A stretch of DNA of 64,000 nucleotides from Octopus sinensis (Eukaryota), in contig NC_043011.1 of assembly GCF_006345805.1 (NCBI RefSeq), positions 60,958,464 to 61,022,463 of the forward strand, read 5' to 3'. This document shows positions 52,816 through 64,000 of the stretch, piece after piece. The translations under genes were made by a program, and so were the position numbers. The notes under the pieces were generated by a model that was not told the DNA's origin, did not search any database, and saw only the letters and a list, made by a program, of their open reading frames with translations. Position 1 is the first letter of the stretch, and every line of letters starts with the position of its first letter.

Positions 52816-53129
52816 AGTGATCGTTACCATCTACATAGTTTTGTCACCTCTGTTATTCCTACTGCATCATTCCCAGTATTTTCACTGGAAAAAAAAACAA
52901 CAAAAAGACAAAAAAACCAAAAATCACCTTTATATAAATGTTCTGCCATGGTTTTCTTTCGTTTTTCGTTTTCTTCGTGAATCTTGATGTTCCGTTCCTT
53001 TTCTTTTCTTTTTTCCATTCGCCATTTGCCAAGCAACCACTTCACAACTCAATAACTTTCCATTCACATTTCAAGAAATTCACATCAAAGAAAGATCTTG
53101 TTTAAAGTAACGAAATACTCTCCCCACCA

Positions 53130-53241
53130 TCACCAACAACACCACCAGCGTCACCACCACCACTAACAAGAAGAAGAAGAAGAAGAACAACAACAACAGC
53201 AACTACTACTACTGCTGCTGCTGCTGCTGCTACTACTACTA

Positions 53242-53284
<43 letters not shown>

Positions 53285-53285
53285 A
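53130..53285. repeat. Compound trinucleotide tract (CAC/AAG/AAC/ACT/GCT)
   Basis: Direct inspection. Confidence 0.9.
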
Positions 53286-53540
53286 AAAATCATGACCAAA
53301 TGTCGCAGGAAACCTTTTAAAGTTCCTGTATATTTTTTGAAAAGCAAAGACACAAGATCGAATATCTGCGTTGCCATTTCGGTTTGCTTCGTTTGATTAT
53401 TTTCTTCGTTTAAATTATCTGTGAAATTAATTTCCATGGTTTTATTAAAATATCATAAATATCGTAAAAACTGTTCTGTTTTTTTTTGAAAAAATAATTC
53501 ATTAAGATTATTTTGTAGTAAATCGTTTTTAACATTTCTT

Positions 53541-53640
53541 NNNNNNNNNNNNNNNNNNNNNNNNNNNNNNNNNNNNNNNNNNNNNNNNNNNNNNNNNNNN
53601 NNNNNNNNNNNNNNNNNNNNNNNNNNNNNNNNNNNNNNNN
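53541..53640. other. Assembly gap (100 N)
   Basis: Run of n. Confidence 1.
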
Positions 53641-53824
53641 TAATCTTCTTATTATATGTGCGTGTAGCTATTCCATACTTACGAAACATTACTGAAAATA
53701 TCTATGCATGTCTGTGTAATAACTACCAGAAGACAGCTAACATGTATTATGTATATGGCGTGTGTGCAAATATATACATGTACTATATATATATATATAT
53801 TATATTATATATATATTATATATA

Positions 53825-53865
<41 letters not shown>

Positions 53866-54061
53866 CATATACATATATATACATATATATACATATATGC
53901 ATATTCTATATGATATACACATATAGGTATAATATATATGTATATATATGTATAGATATATATATGTATGTATATAGTATATACAAATATATATAAAATA
54001 TGTACATATATATTATATATATATATAATATATACATGCATATATACATATATATATGCAG

Positions 54062-54111
<50 letters not shown>

Positions 54112-54505
54112 ACACCATATATAATAGATATAACATACATAGCGCCATGACTCTATATCTTATTATTCCATGCACATTGTTGATTTCCATGTTACTGATT
54201 TCCGTTTTCTATGGAAGCGCTGCCACAGATTTTAAAAATAGGATTCAGGTGTTCAATGCTTTCAGGCTAGAACACAAGAACGTACTCTCAAATTCATGAT
54301 CTTTGGTTAGCATTTGACTGAACTTGGCATTATATCAATATTTCGATATTTCCACAGGTGTATTATCTGGTTCAGTGTCATGTATGTATAAACATTACCT
54401 CTTTGCATTACGAACGGATGTGTGTATTATAATGTTGGGATATGAGCAGCAGTGTTATCGTATTCACAGTAAAGGGGAATATTTTCTATGAATGTACAAA
54501 ATCTT

Positions 54506-54536
<31 letters not shown>

Positions 54537-54587
54537 GTCTATCTATCTATCTATCTATCTATCTCTCTATTACTATCTATCTATTTT

Positions 54588-54621
<34 letters not shown>

Positions 54622-54764
54622 CATCCATCCATCCATCCATCCATCATCTATCTATCTATCATATATCTATCTTAATCTATCTATCTATCTCTATCTATCT
54701 ATCTATCTATCTATTATCCATCCATCCATCCATCAATCCATCCATCCACATCCTCATCTATCTA

Positions 54765-54820
<56 letters not shown>

Positions 54821-54829
54821 TATTATCTA

Positions 54830-55940
54830 TCTTTTGACTCGGTAAACCACCGCCTACTACTTGTCAAGCTTCAAGCATATAGTTTCCATCCGGATATTGT
54901 ATGATGGGTTGGTGCCTTCCTCTCAGATCGCTCCTTCCAAGTTCAAGTTAATGGTTCGCGGTCCGACGTCTCCAGTGCGAGCAGTGGCGTGCCTCAAGGT
55001 TCAGTGCTTGGGCCCTTGTTGTTCTTAGTCTTCATAAATGACTTGCCCGACGACCTCACGCAACACACCATTCTATTTGCCGACGATATCAAACTGGTCG
55101 CTCCTCGCGGTAGTATAGAGGATCTTCGTCGATGCCTCCACCAAATTTGGAAGTGGTCTAACGATTGGGACCTGTGTCTGAACGTGTCAAAGTGCTGTCA
55201 TCTGCCTGTCGGCTCTACTCCTGCAACTCAACTTGATTTCGAGCCGGGTCGTCTGCTGCTGGAGAGGACCGATCAGGTAAAGGACCTGGGTATCTTGGTG
55301 GATTCCTCCTTTTCGCCTTCGGCCCAGTGCGTCCATGCTGCCAACAAAGCGCGCCGAATTCTGTTTCTGATTCGACGGTCATTCGGAATGCTCACAGCAG
55401 CCATATTCCTGCCACTCTATGTCACGCTGGTGAGACCCATATTGGAGTATGGGATTCAAGCCTCTTTCCTTATCTCTCAAGACATACAGCACCTCGAAAG
55501 AGTCCAGAGGCTGGCTACCCGCATGGTTCATGGTCTCAAAAATTTGTCCTACGAAGAAAGGCTGAGGACGCTCGACCTTTATTCTCTTGAAAAACGCCGC
55601 CGCCGTGGTGATCTCATTCTCGCCCACAACATCATAAGCGGGAAGTGTAACCTCTCGAAAGAGCTGTTCTTCACTCCTGCTCAGGCGCGTCGCTGCGGGG
55701 TCATTCCGAAAAGCTCTACCTGCGACGATTTCATCTCAATCGAAGGAGAGGAGCTTTCGCCGTCCGGGTTGCGGATCCGTGGAACAAGCTGCCAGACGAG
55801 ATGGTGAAGATGCCGACGACCGCTTTGTTCAAAGCCTCCCTGGACCTCAAGTGGCCTGAACTCTTTACATGAACACCACCCTGTACTTAACTCCATGTCC
55901 CCCTACATTGCCTTGCTATTTGCTTTTGAGCCAAATTAAC
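54830..55940 (+). mobile_element. Young 5'-truncated CR1-clade LINE inside (TCTA)n
   Basis: DSVNHRLLLVKL..GVPQGSVLGPLLF..LFADDIKL..RPILEYG..YEERL..RRRGDL. One stop near 54902, one frameshift near 55680, true stop at 55872, A-rich tail. Confidence 0.93.
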
Positions 55941-55981
55941 TAAATAAATAAAAAAAAAAAATCTATCTATCTATCTATCTG

Positions 55982-56078
<97 letters not shown>

Positions 56079-56115
56079 GTAGCTAGCTATCTATGTATCT
56101 ATCTATCTATCTATA

Positions 56116-56157
<42 letters not shown>

Positions 56158-56305
56158 ATGTCTGTTTGTCTGTCTGTGTATCTATACATCGATATATATA
56201 TAACATATGTAATAGATAAATAGTAGGTGAATAGATGATACATGCATACTACATACATACATACACACAGACATATATCAATATATATATATGTATATCT
56301 ATCTA

Positions 56306-56350
<45 letters not shown>

Positions 56351-56358
56351 ATATATGT

Positions 56359-56457
<99 letters not shown>

Positions 56458-58871
56458 TAGATAGATAGATATATCAACGAACGATATTATTTTGAAAAAT
56501 ATAAAAGTATGTACCTGGAACAAGACCAAGTGCTACCATCTGTAAACCAACGGGTCTCCTGTGCCGATGAAGAAAATATCCCAGAAACCATGGTCCGTAG
56601 GTACCGCTTAAGGTTGGGCGGGGGCATTAGTTGTGCAACGGTAACCAGAGATGCTTTTCTGGGACTAAAAGAGGTTTTAACATCGTCCTAACCAGGACTG
56701 CCAATTTACGTTGGCAAATAGATTTAACTCTATAGTACGATTACTGCTTACTTCTTGCTCAGATATTTAATAATAATGGTTTTCTTATTAAAACCACACA
56801 CGCATGCATATAAAAAAATACACAGGTATATAGACCAACAATATTCAAGGTTGTAAAAGTTTGCTCGGCCTCATATTTACCAAAGATGCAATATTACACG
56901 CTCTCACGCACAAACACGCACGCACACGCACACACGCACATATACATAATACACGCCAACTCACACACTCACACACTCCCTCATTCATATACATTCTCCT
57001 CCTCCCCCTCACTCACACACACACATAGACATATTAAAACCTGGTCTCGAGTTTAACATTTGTCATCTTCAGGCAAAATACAGTTTATGTTTCGTCTGAG
57101 AAACTTGGATGTCAAAACTATAAAAATTATGAATTTGTCTTGTCTTGCATATTGTGACTATAATCTATTGTGTAGCAAATCTATTTTGTTGGAATTATAC
57201 TGGTATAATCAGATGGGATATCGATATTCATGAAAAACTATACGGAAATTGGTCCCAGTTTTCATAAATTTTGAATTTTGCTCAAAGTTGCCGAAGACTT
57301 TAATAAAATGTAAAAATTACCACGAAAGAAATATTACACTTTCTATAGACTTTGATTTATAGAGATGCGTGATGTGAAATAGAAGAAAATCAAGTTTATA
57401 ATTGTTAATACAATCATTGAGGTGTCGAGGTCTCTTTTCCAGTTTCTGAATGTGTACGTATGTTGTGAGAATTTGTCTTTAATGATAATTTTAGTAAGTT
57501 CTGCATGACTTTCTGTTTCATGGTTGTAGAATGAATGTTCTCATTAACACTAAAACTACATTAACTCTATTCACACTCCATGAGAATATCACATGCTTAG
57601 TCACGAATTATTCCCATTTTTCTATAGAAGTTCATTAGATGCTTGTGTGACGCATATTCTATTGTTTTGAGTCAACGAATCAGATTGGTTTCAAATTTTG
57701 GTCATGACAGCAATTTCAGGGGAGGGAATGAGTCGATTACGTTGACCCCAGTTATTTTATCAACCCCTAAAAGAGAAAAGGCTAAGTCGACCCTGGTGGA
57801 ATTTGAACTCTGAACGTAAAGGCGGACGAAATGCCGCTAAACATTTTTCAAGATTCTGCTAGACCAACACCTTGACTTATTAATCATATCAAGGTGCATT
57901 TACAAATATTTTTTGGATATATATAGATTTTAAAAGTGCTTGAAGCTAAAAAGCGTTTTAATAATCGGTAACGTGAAACTCGGCGGCAAGGATTCTAGAA
58001 TCTTTAGTGTGTAACAAAATATGCAGTTTGTACTTCATATTCTAAGTACATTTTTTTCTTTGTAACAAGTAACATTCACATCACACATTCACTCACTCAC
58101 TCCCTTCACCCCACAGACACACACATATACATACACTCATACACACACATACATACATACACACACACATATATATGTGTGTGTATGTGTATAACTCTGT
58201 ATGCATCTCATTATGTTTGAATATGTGTACCTCTATCAATATATATGCCTAACCCTATGTGTTTGAATAGTTATGCAATAATGCCTGTATGACCGTAATT
58301 ATATATACATGACTATATATGGGTGCCTATATACATACAGATACGTGTAACTAAACGCAAGTGCTTACAAAAGAAAAAGATAATAAAGAATAAAATGAAA
58401 ATATATATTATATATATATATATATCATTATATATCACTGTCAGATTTCTAATTACAATTTGCCAAATTACTTATGACATTCAAATGAAAGATTGACGTA
58501 ATTGACTGCAACTTAAATACGTAGTAAACACATTTTTCGTAAGATATTATTTTTCACACAGCCATAGACGGTGGTAGAAAATTCTCAAGAGAGCTGAAGT
58601 CCCAAACAATGGTACCATGACCATAAAAAACATACAACTTATCGAGATCCCAGATGAAAAAGCCAATCACAAGAGAATGGCTATCGAAAAGGCGATGATA
58701 TTGGCGGAAAGGCGTTGATGGATATAGAACACATAGACACATACACACACATGTACATTCAGATGTAAATACACACGTGCACACACACATACTTATACAC
58801 ACACACTTACACACACACACATATATGTATATATAAATATATATATGTATGTATTTGTGCATGTATGTACG

Positions 58872-58928
<57 letters not shown>

Positions 58929-58968
58929 TATATAATATATATATATATATAATATATATATATATATA

Positions 58969-59261
58969 TTATTAGTGAATTGAAGAAATGGAGTTGAACG
59001 AAGATTGAACAGAAATCCTTTTATTGCATTCTACACGTGTTTCGAAAGCCACAATTTACCAAATTCCGATTGAATAAGGAGACCATATTGTGTCTTTCTC
59101 TTCAGGAAGAAATAGGAATTCCGTTGGCAGAACAAAAACAGAACAGAGGCGCAGCAAAACAAATCGAACGAGGAGGCTCCTAAGAGCCCATGGCCAAACC
59201 ATGCAATAAAAGGATTTCTGTTCAATCTTCGTTCAACTCCATTTCTTCAATTCACTAATAA
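58969..59261. repeat. Fold-back element (perfect arms of about 60 bp) enclosing a hammerhead
   Basis: 58969-59029 is the reverse complement of 59201-59261. A related piece with a half-site (GAAA-CAUAUG-UA-GAA, minus) lies at 26-80. Confidence 0.95.
59029..59108 (-). ncRNA. Type I hammerhead ribozyme, canonical core
   Basis: UUC-CUGAAGA-GAAAG-a-CACAAU..AUUGUG-g-CUUUC-GAAA-CACGUG-UA-GAA. G10.1-C11.1 pair, GUA triplet. Confidence 0.9.
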
Positions 59262-60544
59262 TATTAAAATTCAATTATCCGCACCAACGCACGGTTGCAA
59301 CACCATATGGTTGTACCTCCAACCGAGCTTTCTTCTGCTGTGATTTTTGCTACCAAGGTATCGGTTAAACTTTTGATTAATCTGCAACAAGATTATTCAT
59401 CTTTCTATTTCACCAAACATATATATATATATGCAGAGAGATGGAGTGAGAGAGAGAGAGAGAGGTGGAGGAGAGAGAGAAAGAAATCCATAAAACACAC
59501 ACACATGCATATATGTATATAAGTATGTGTATATATATATATATATATATAAATAAATATAGCTATATATGGAGAGAAAGAGAGAGAGACGGAGAGGGAG
59601 AGAGAGCGCTACATCATACACACACATGCTCCTTCTCACACCCACATACACACATGCACCTATGTTCACAGTTCTTATGTGTTGGTTTGTTTAAAGCGTT
59701 GTGACATTTTGATTTCAGCCATTTGTATAGGAAGACGAAGCACAAACGTAATTCGATGTATATAACAACCAATAAAATATTGCAAGGAAAACCCCAGAAT
59801 TATTACTGGTATTGCTTCACTTGTAATTATTGATTTACTTCGTTTCTTTGTAGTTAAAGTTTGACGTTCGAGTCGAACCGTTTCGTCAATTCTTTTTGCT
59901 TTAAGTATCATTGTGACATTTTAGTCATATGAAATGCTTATACGTTAAAGAGGATATCATATTCCAATCGTTCTTTGATCTTCAATACATCCTTATTTTA
60001 TGTTCTATTAATATTACAGCAAGAATTGATTAATTATTGTATTTGTTTTTCTTTTGTAGCTTCATTTTTGACTTCATTAAATTTTGTATGTTATTAATAT
60101 TTTGCGCATTTGGTTGTTATGCTGGTTTGCTTTGGTCTCGAATATACATTTATGTGCATATCTGAGAGCGAACCCATTCTTCTTTGTAAGAGTTGTTTGT
60201 GTTGTTTATATTCGGTAATTTATTCTGGTGATACTGGAATTTATCTGATATACAAACACTGGTTGGCTCTGAAGCAGAACACGTTATATGTTTTACATTA
60301 CATAACATTATAGAATGCAAAGGTTCAGGAAAAGGGAGATGGCGGATCTCAATAACTTCTGCAGAGTTTCATAAACGTTAGGACAGACAGGTCATGAAGA
60401 TCAGAGATAAAGAACCCAACGCGTTATTTATCCCAAAACAAAACAGGACTGAGAAGTGAAGGCACAAAACATCTCAAGATCCTCTCTTCTTTCTTTCTCT
60501 CTCCATCTTACTCTTTCTCTCTCATATATTCATACATACATACA

Positions 60545-60578
<34 letters not shown>

Positions 60579-60767
60579 CATATACACGTGTACGTATATA
60601 TATGTGTATATATATTAATATATATATATATATATATATAGATCGATATATGTATGTAAATATATGTGTATATTAGGGTAGCAAAAAAAATTAGAAAATT
60701 TCTATGCTACCAGTGGTCTAGTGAGAATAAAAAACTAGTCAATAGACTATATATTATTCATATAAAA

Positions 60768-61294
60768 ATACAGTGTACATTTAAACACATAAGAGATGGC
60801 CATAACAGGACATCTGACTCGCTAGAAAGAGTAGTTAAACTACAAACCACTATTAGAGGTAATTTCGAAAGGGAAGGAAAAATAAAAAAACATTTACGCT
60901 AAGATTTATTTATTAATGATAAAAATGTTTTTTTGGCTAATTTTGACAGAAAATCGGCACTTTTTGTATTTGCTGCCGATAAAAAATCGCGTGCGCGCCG
61001 TGGATTTTGAAAAATTATAACATATAAACGCAAGGCATGTTCTTTATCGCCTCGTTTTTATATATTAATCTTGGCTTTTCCTGCTGATGAGAGCTTCGCC
61101 AATTGTAAATTATTTTATTTACTTGAAACTAGAAAGATTGCTTGAAACTATGCATAGTCCAGGAAATATAGGGTAGATATTTTTATTTTTCATTCCCTTT
61201 CGAAATTACCCCTAATAGTGGTTTGTAGTTTAACTACACTTTCTAGCGAGTCAGATCTCCTGTTATGGTCATCTCTTATGTATTTAAGTGCACA

Positions 61295-61300
<6 letters not shown>
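60768..61300. repeat. Fold-back element (about 120-bp arms) enclosing a hammerhead
   Basis: 60768-60890 vs 61180-61300. Related single arms at about 24330-24478 and 49020-49110. Confidence 0.9.
61077..61166 (+). ncRNA. Type I hammerhead ribozyme, best-formed copy
   Basis: UUUCCUG-CUGAUGA-GAGC-(45 nt with GUAAAU/AUUUAC hairpin)-GCUU-GAAA-CUAUGCAUAG-UC-CAGGAAA. 7-bp helix I, GUC triplet, predicted cleavage after 61159. Confidence 0.92.
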
Positions 61301-61329
<29 letters not shown>

Positions 61330-61357
61330 TATATATATATATATATGTGTATGTATG

Positions 61358-61388
<31 letters not shown>

Positions 61389-62705
61389 TTCTTTTACAAC
61401 AATTATATTGTCATTGATAACTTCGAGGATAGTTCGAGGTTACTATCAATTCTATACTTGTATAAGGATATATAATGATGTCCTCTACATAAAATCTCGA
61501 GTAATCGTTGACTTTAATATAAAATTGTCTTTATTTTGGCAAAAGAAAAAAAAAAGAAAAATTATCACTCCGAAAAACAACAGTGTCTTCATTTTAATGT
61601 GACCTAAAAACAAACATTGAAACACATGCTTGTGTATGTGTGATTGTGTGTGATTTACATGCATTTATGGAGACATAGAGCTATATAAAACGCAGAAGTG
61701 AACATTCCGTGTACAAAATATATACCTCACCTGGACCTTTCGTTTTGCCATGAAGTCATTCGTGATGACATCATTTTCTTATTGAAAATGGAAAAGGCAG
61801 ATGACGTACTTTTGACCAATCGCAAACTGATTTATAATTTTAACAATTCGTCTGTCACTTTTGACCATTTATTATCTGTATTAACTAGTTTTTTGCAGAA
61901 TGAAATCAATAATTAAAACTTGGAGTCCAATTTGAATGATCATGTGTGCATGTTAAATGACTTCCGCCGCTGGAAGGCAAATGTATTTCCGTTTGACTGC
62001 TCACCATCCACATTTTCACTTCTTATTCTCTCGTGCTTTCATCTTAATCCTTGACATAAACACTAAAATCAACATCTCTTTTCAAGCATTCGCTTTCACA
62101 TTATGATTAAATAAATGATTTTAGAAGCGAACTTTAAACTCTGTCGTTAATAAGATATCAATCTTCATATTTTTTGTCTAGCAACATTTAATATGTCTGG
62201 CCTTTCGAACTTCACTACGCGTAGAAAACATTGCCAAACTTAATAAGTTCGCAATTCTTTGCATGAATTTTCATTTCATGGATTAACACGACTATATTCA
62301 GTTCTGCTTTTTCTTTTCAGTTGCATTTCTGTATTCGAGTAACTGTTCGTGTTTTTTCACCATTCCTACATTCATATACTTCAGTAAATATTTTGTAATA
62401 TTGTAATTTAACCGAGGCGGTGAGCTGGCAGAATCGGTAGAACGTTGGGTAAAATGCTTAGTGGCATATCTGACTTGGAATTTCACGCTCTAACTCCAAA
62501 TTCCATTTATATACCCGTTGTATATGAATACTATGTAAATATTCTTTTAGAAAACATTTTATTTAATTTTTCCAAAATTTAATTGAAAAAGTCTCAATAA
62601 CTGAAACCGGTGCTAAAATGTTTTTTATGATAAAATTATTTTAGCATTTTCTACCTTGACTTTTTCCCTTTTATATATATATATATATAACATTCAAACT
62701 TTGTT

Positions 62706-63420
62706 TATTTCCAGTCAGTTTATTCATAACAATAGTCCGACACGTGTATCGATTGCACTAACTGCATATTGTTGTATATTCATAAGCAGCGATTTAGTCC
62801 GATCTTTTCAGGGCATATAAGTATAACATTTTTCGAAGAGGAATTTTCCTCTGCTATTAGTTTAAATTAAGCTTGGTAATTGTAGGAGACTGCTTAGCAA
62901 TTACCCACTACTACTATTAATAACTTCCACAAATTTCAAATAATGTAATCAACTCTGAAATTTTTCAAAATACCTTCTGACTAAAATGTATGTAGAATCA
63001 ACCATCAATAAGTTTTCTATAAGTAAACACTCCCCGCCTAACCAAGAACGTTTGCTAATTTCAGCAAACACTGCTGCTGCTGCTGCCACTGCTGCTGCTG
63101 CCACTGCTGCTGCTGCTGCCACTGCTGCTGCTGCCACTGCTGCTGCTGCCACTGCTGCTGCTGCTACTGAATTTTACTCAAACAAATATTTGATAAAAAA
63201 ATTTCAGAAGAATGTCATGGTCTACCACTACTACTACTACGATGCTTAATTTAAACTAATAGCGGAGGAAAATTCCCCTTCGAAAAATGTCATACTTATA
63301 TGCTCTGAAGAGATCGTACTAATAATGTACAAACCGCTGCATACGAATATGCAGCAATATGCAGTTGGTGTGATTGAAACACGTGTCGGATTATTGTTAT
63401 GAATAAAATAACCGAAAATA
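62706..63420. repeat. Inverted pair of hammerhead-bearing repeats (about 165-bp arms) around a (GCT/GCCACT)n spacer
   Basis: 62706-62872 vs 63244-63420; trinucleotide tract at 63071-63167. Confidence 0.85.
63302..63390 (+). ncRNA. Type I hammerhead motif, weak helix I
   Basis: CU-CUGAAGA-GAUC..CUGCAUA-cgaa-UAUGCAG..GAUU-GAAA-CACGUG-UC-GG. The mirror copy at 62737-62814 (minus) has CUGAAAA and GAUA. Confidence 0.7.
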
Positions 63421-64000
63421 AACATAAAGTTTGAATGTTCAAATTCTTCCTTATTATGAATATTGCACCTTACACTCTAAGAAGCAAAGGAATAAACTGA
63501 AACATCGGATAGGAGCTAAAGGAAGTTTACCGAAAAAACGCACCATCAGAAGGAACCAGCCTTGGCATTTTACTCAGAGAAATCTTGTATACGCCTGGAT
63601 GTTATATCTCGCCTCTCACTGTCTCTACATATATATGTGTGTGTGTGCGTGTGTGTGTATGCGTGTGTGTGTGTGTGTGTGTGTGGGTATATGTGTGTGC
63701 ACGCGAGTGCATATATGTGTGTGTATTCTGCCAGCTCGCCGCTATGTATAGAGTGTTGGTGAATCTATGCTTATGTTCTTCCTAGTTATATACCTTATGG
63801 ATTCCTTTCCCGTAATCTAGCGCTTCGTTAAATGAACAAAAAGTTAATGTTTATTTATTTTCATACTTCTGTCTGTCTTACCTGTCTTTCTGGCTGTGTC
63901 TGTCTGCCTGCCTGCAGGTATGTACGTATGTATCTAACTATCTATCTGTGTGTTTGTGTGTGTCCATCTATCTTTCTACTCTCTATCTACCACTCTATCT

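Noticed and set aside
62986-63249. Poly-Ala/Thr ORF
   Set aside because: Produced by a trinucleotide repeat between repeat arms; no splice or domain support.

Overview
Eukaryotic, very AT-rich, microsatellite-saturated non-genic DNA. The repeat families (several tRNA-derived SINEs, CR1 and RTE LINEs, Penelope-like remnants) point to an octopus-type cephalopod genome; this is inferred from recognising the repeats. I cannot support any host protein-coding gene; most ORFs in the track are translated microsatellites. Recognisable content: a near full-length decayed CR1-clade LINE (about 16830-21450) whose ORF1 remnant seems to combine a Myb/SANT-like N-terminus with a CCCH zinc finger; four more CR1 RT fragments; two RTE fragments; a decayed Penelope-like RT/GIY-YIG region; a complete-looking non-autonomous Helitron; Tigger-, mariner- and hAT-like remnants; more than 25 SINE pieces; a 52-bp palindromic minisatellite; a 100-N gap. 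The main signal is about 14 type I hammerhead ribozyme motifs, found by eye on both strands. At least five keep the full catalytic core. Nearly all have a palindromic helix III whose sequence differs between copies, and many lie inside or against long fold-back inverted repeats. This suggests a diverse population of small non-autonomous hammerhead-bearing Penelope/retrozyme-like elements. All folds were paired by hand; no activity or database search was possible.
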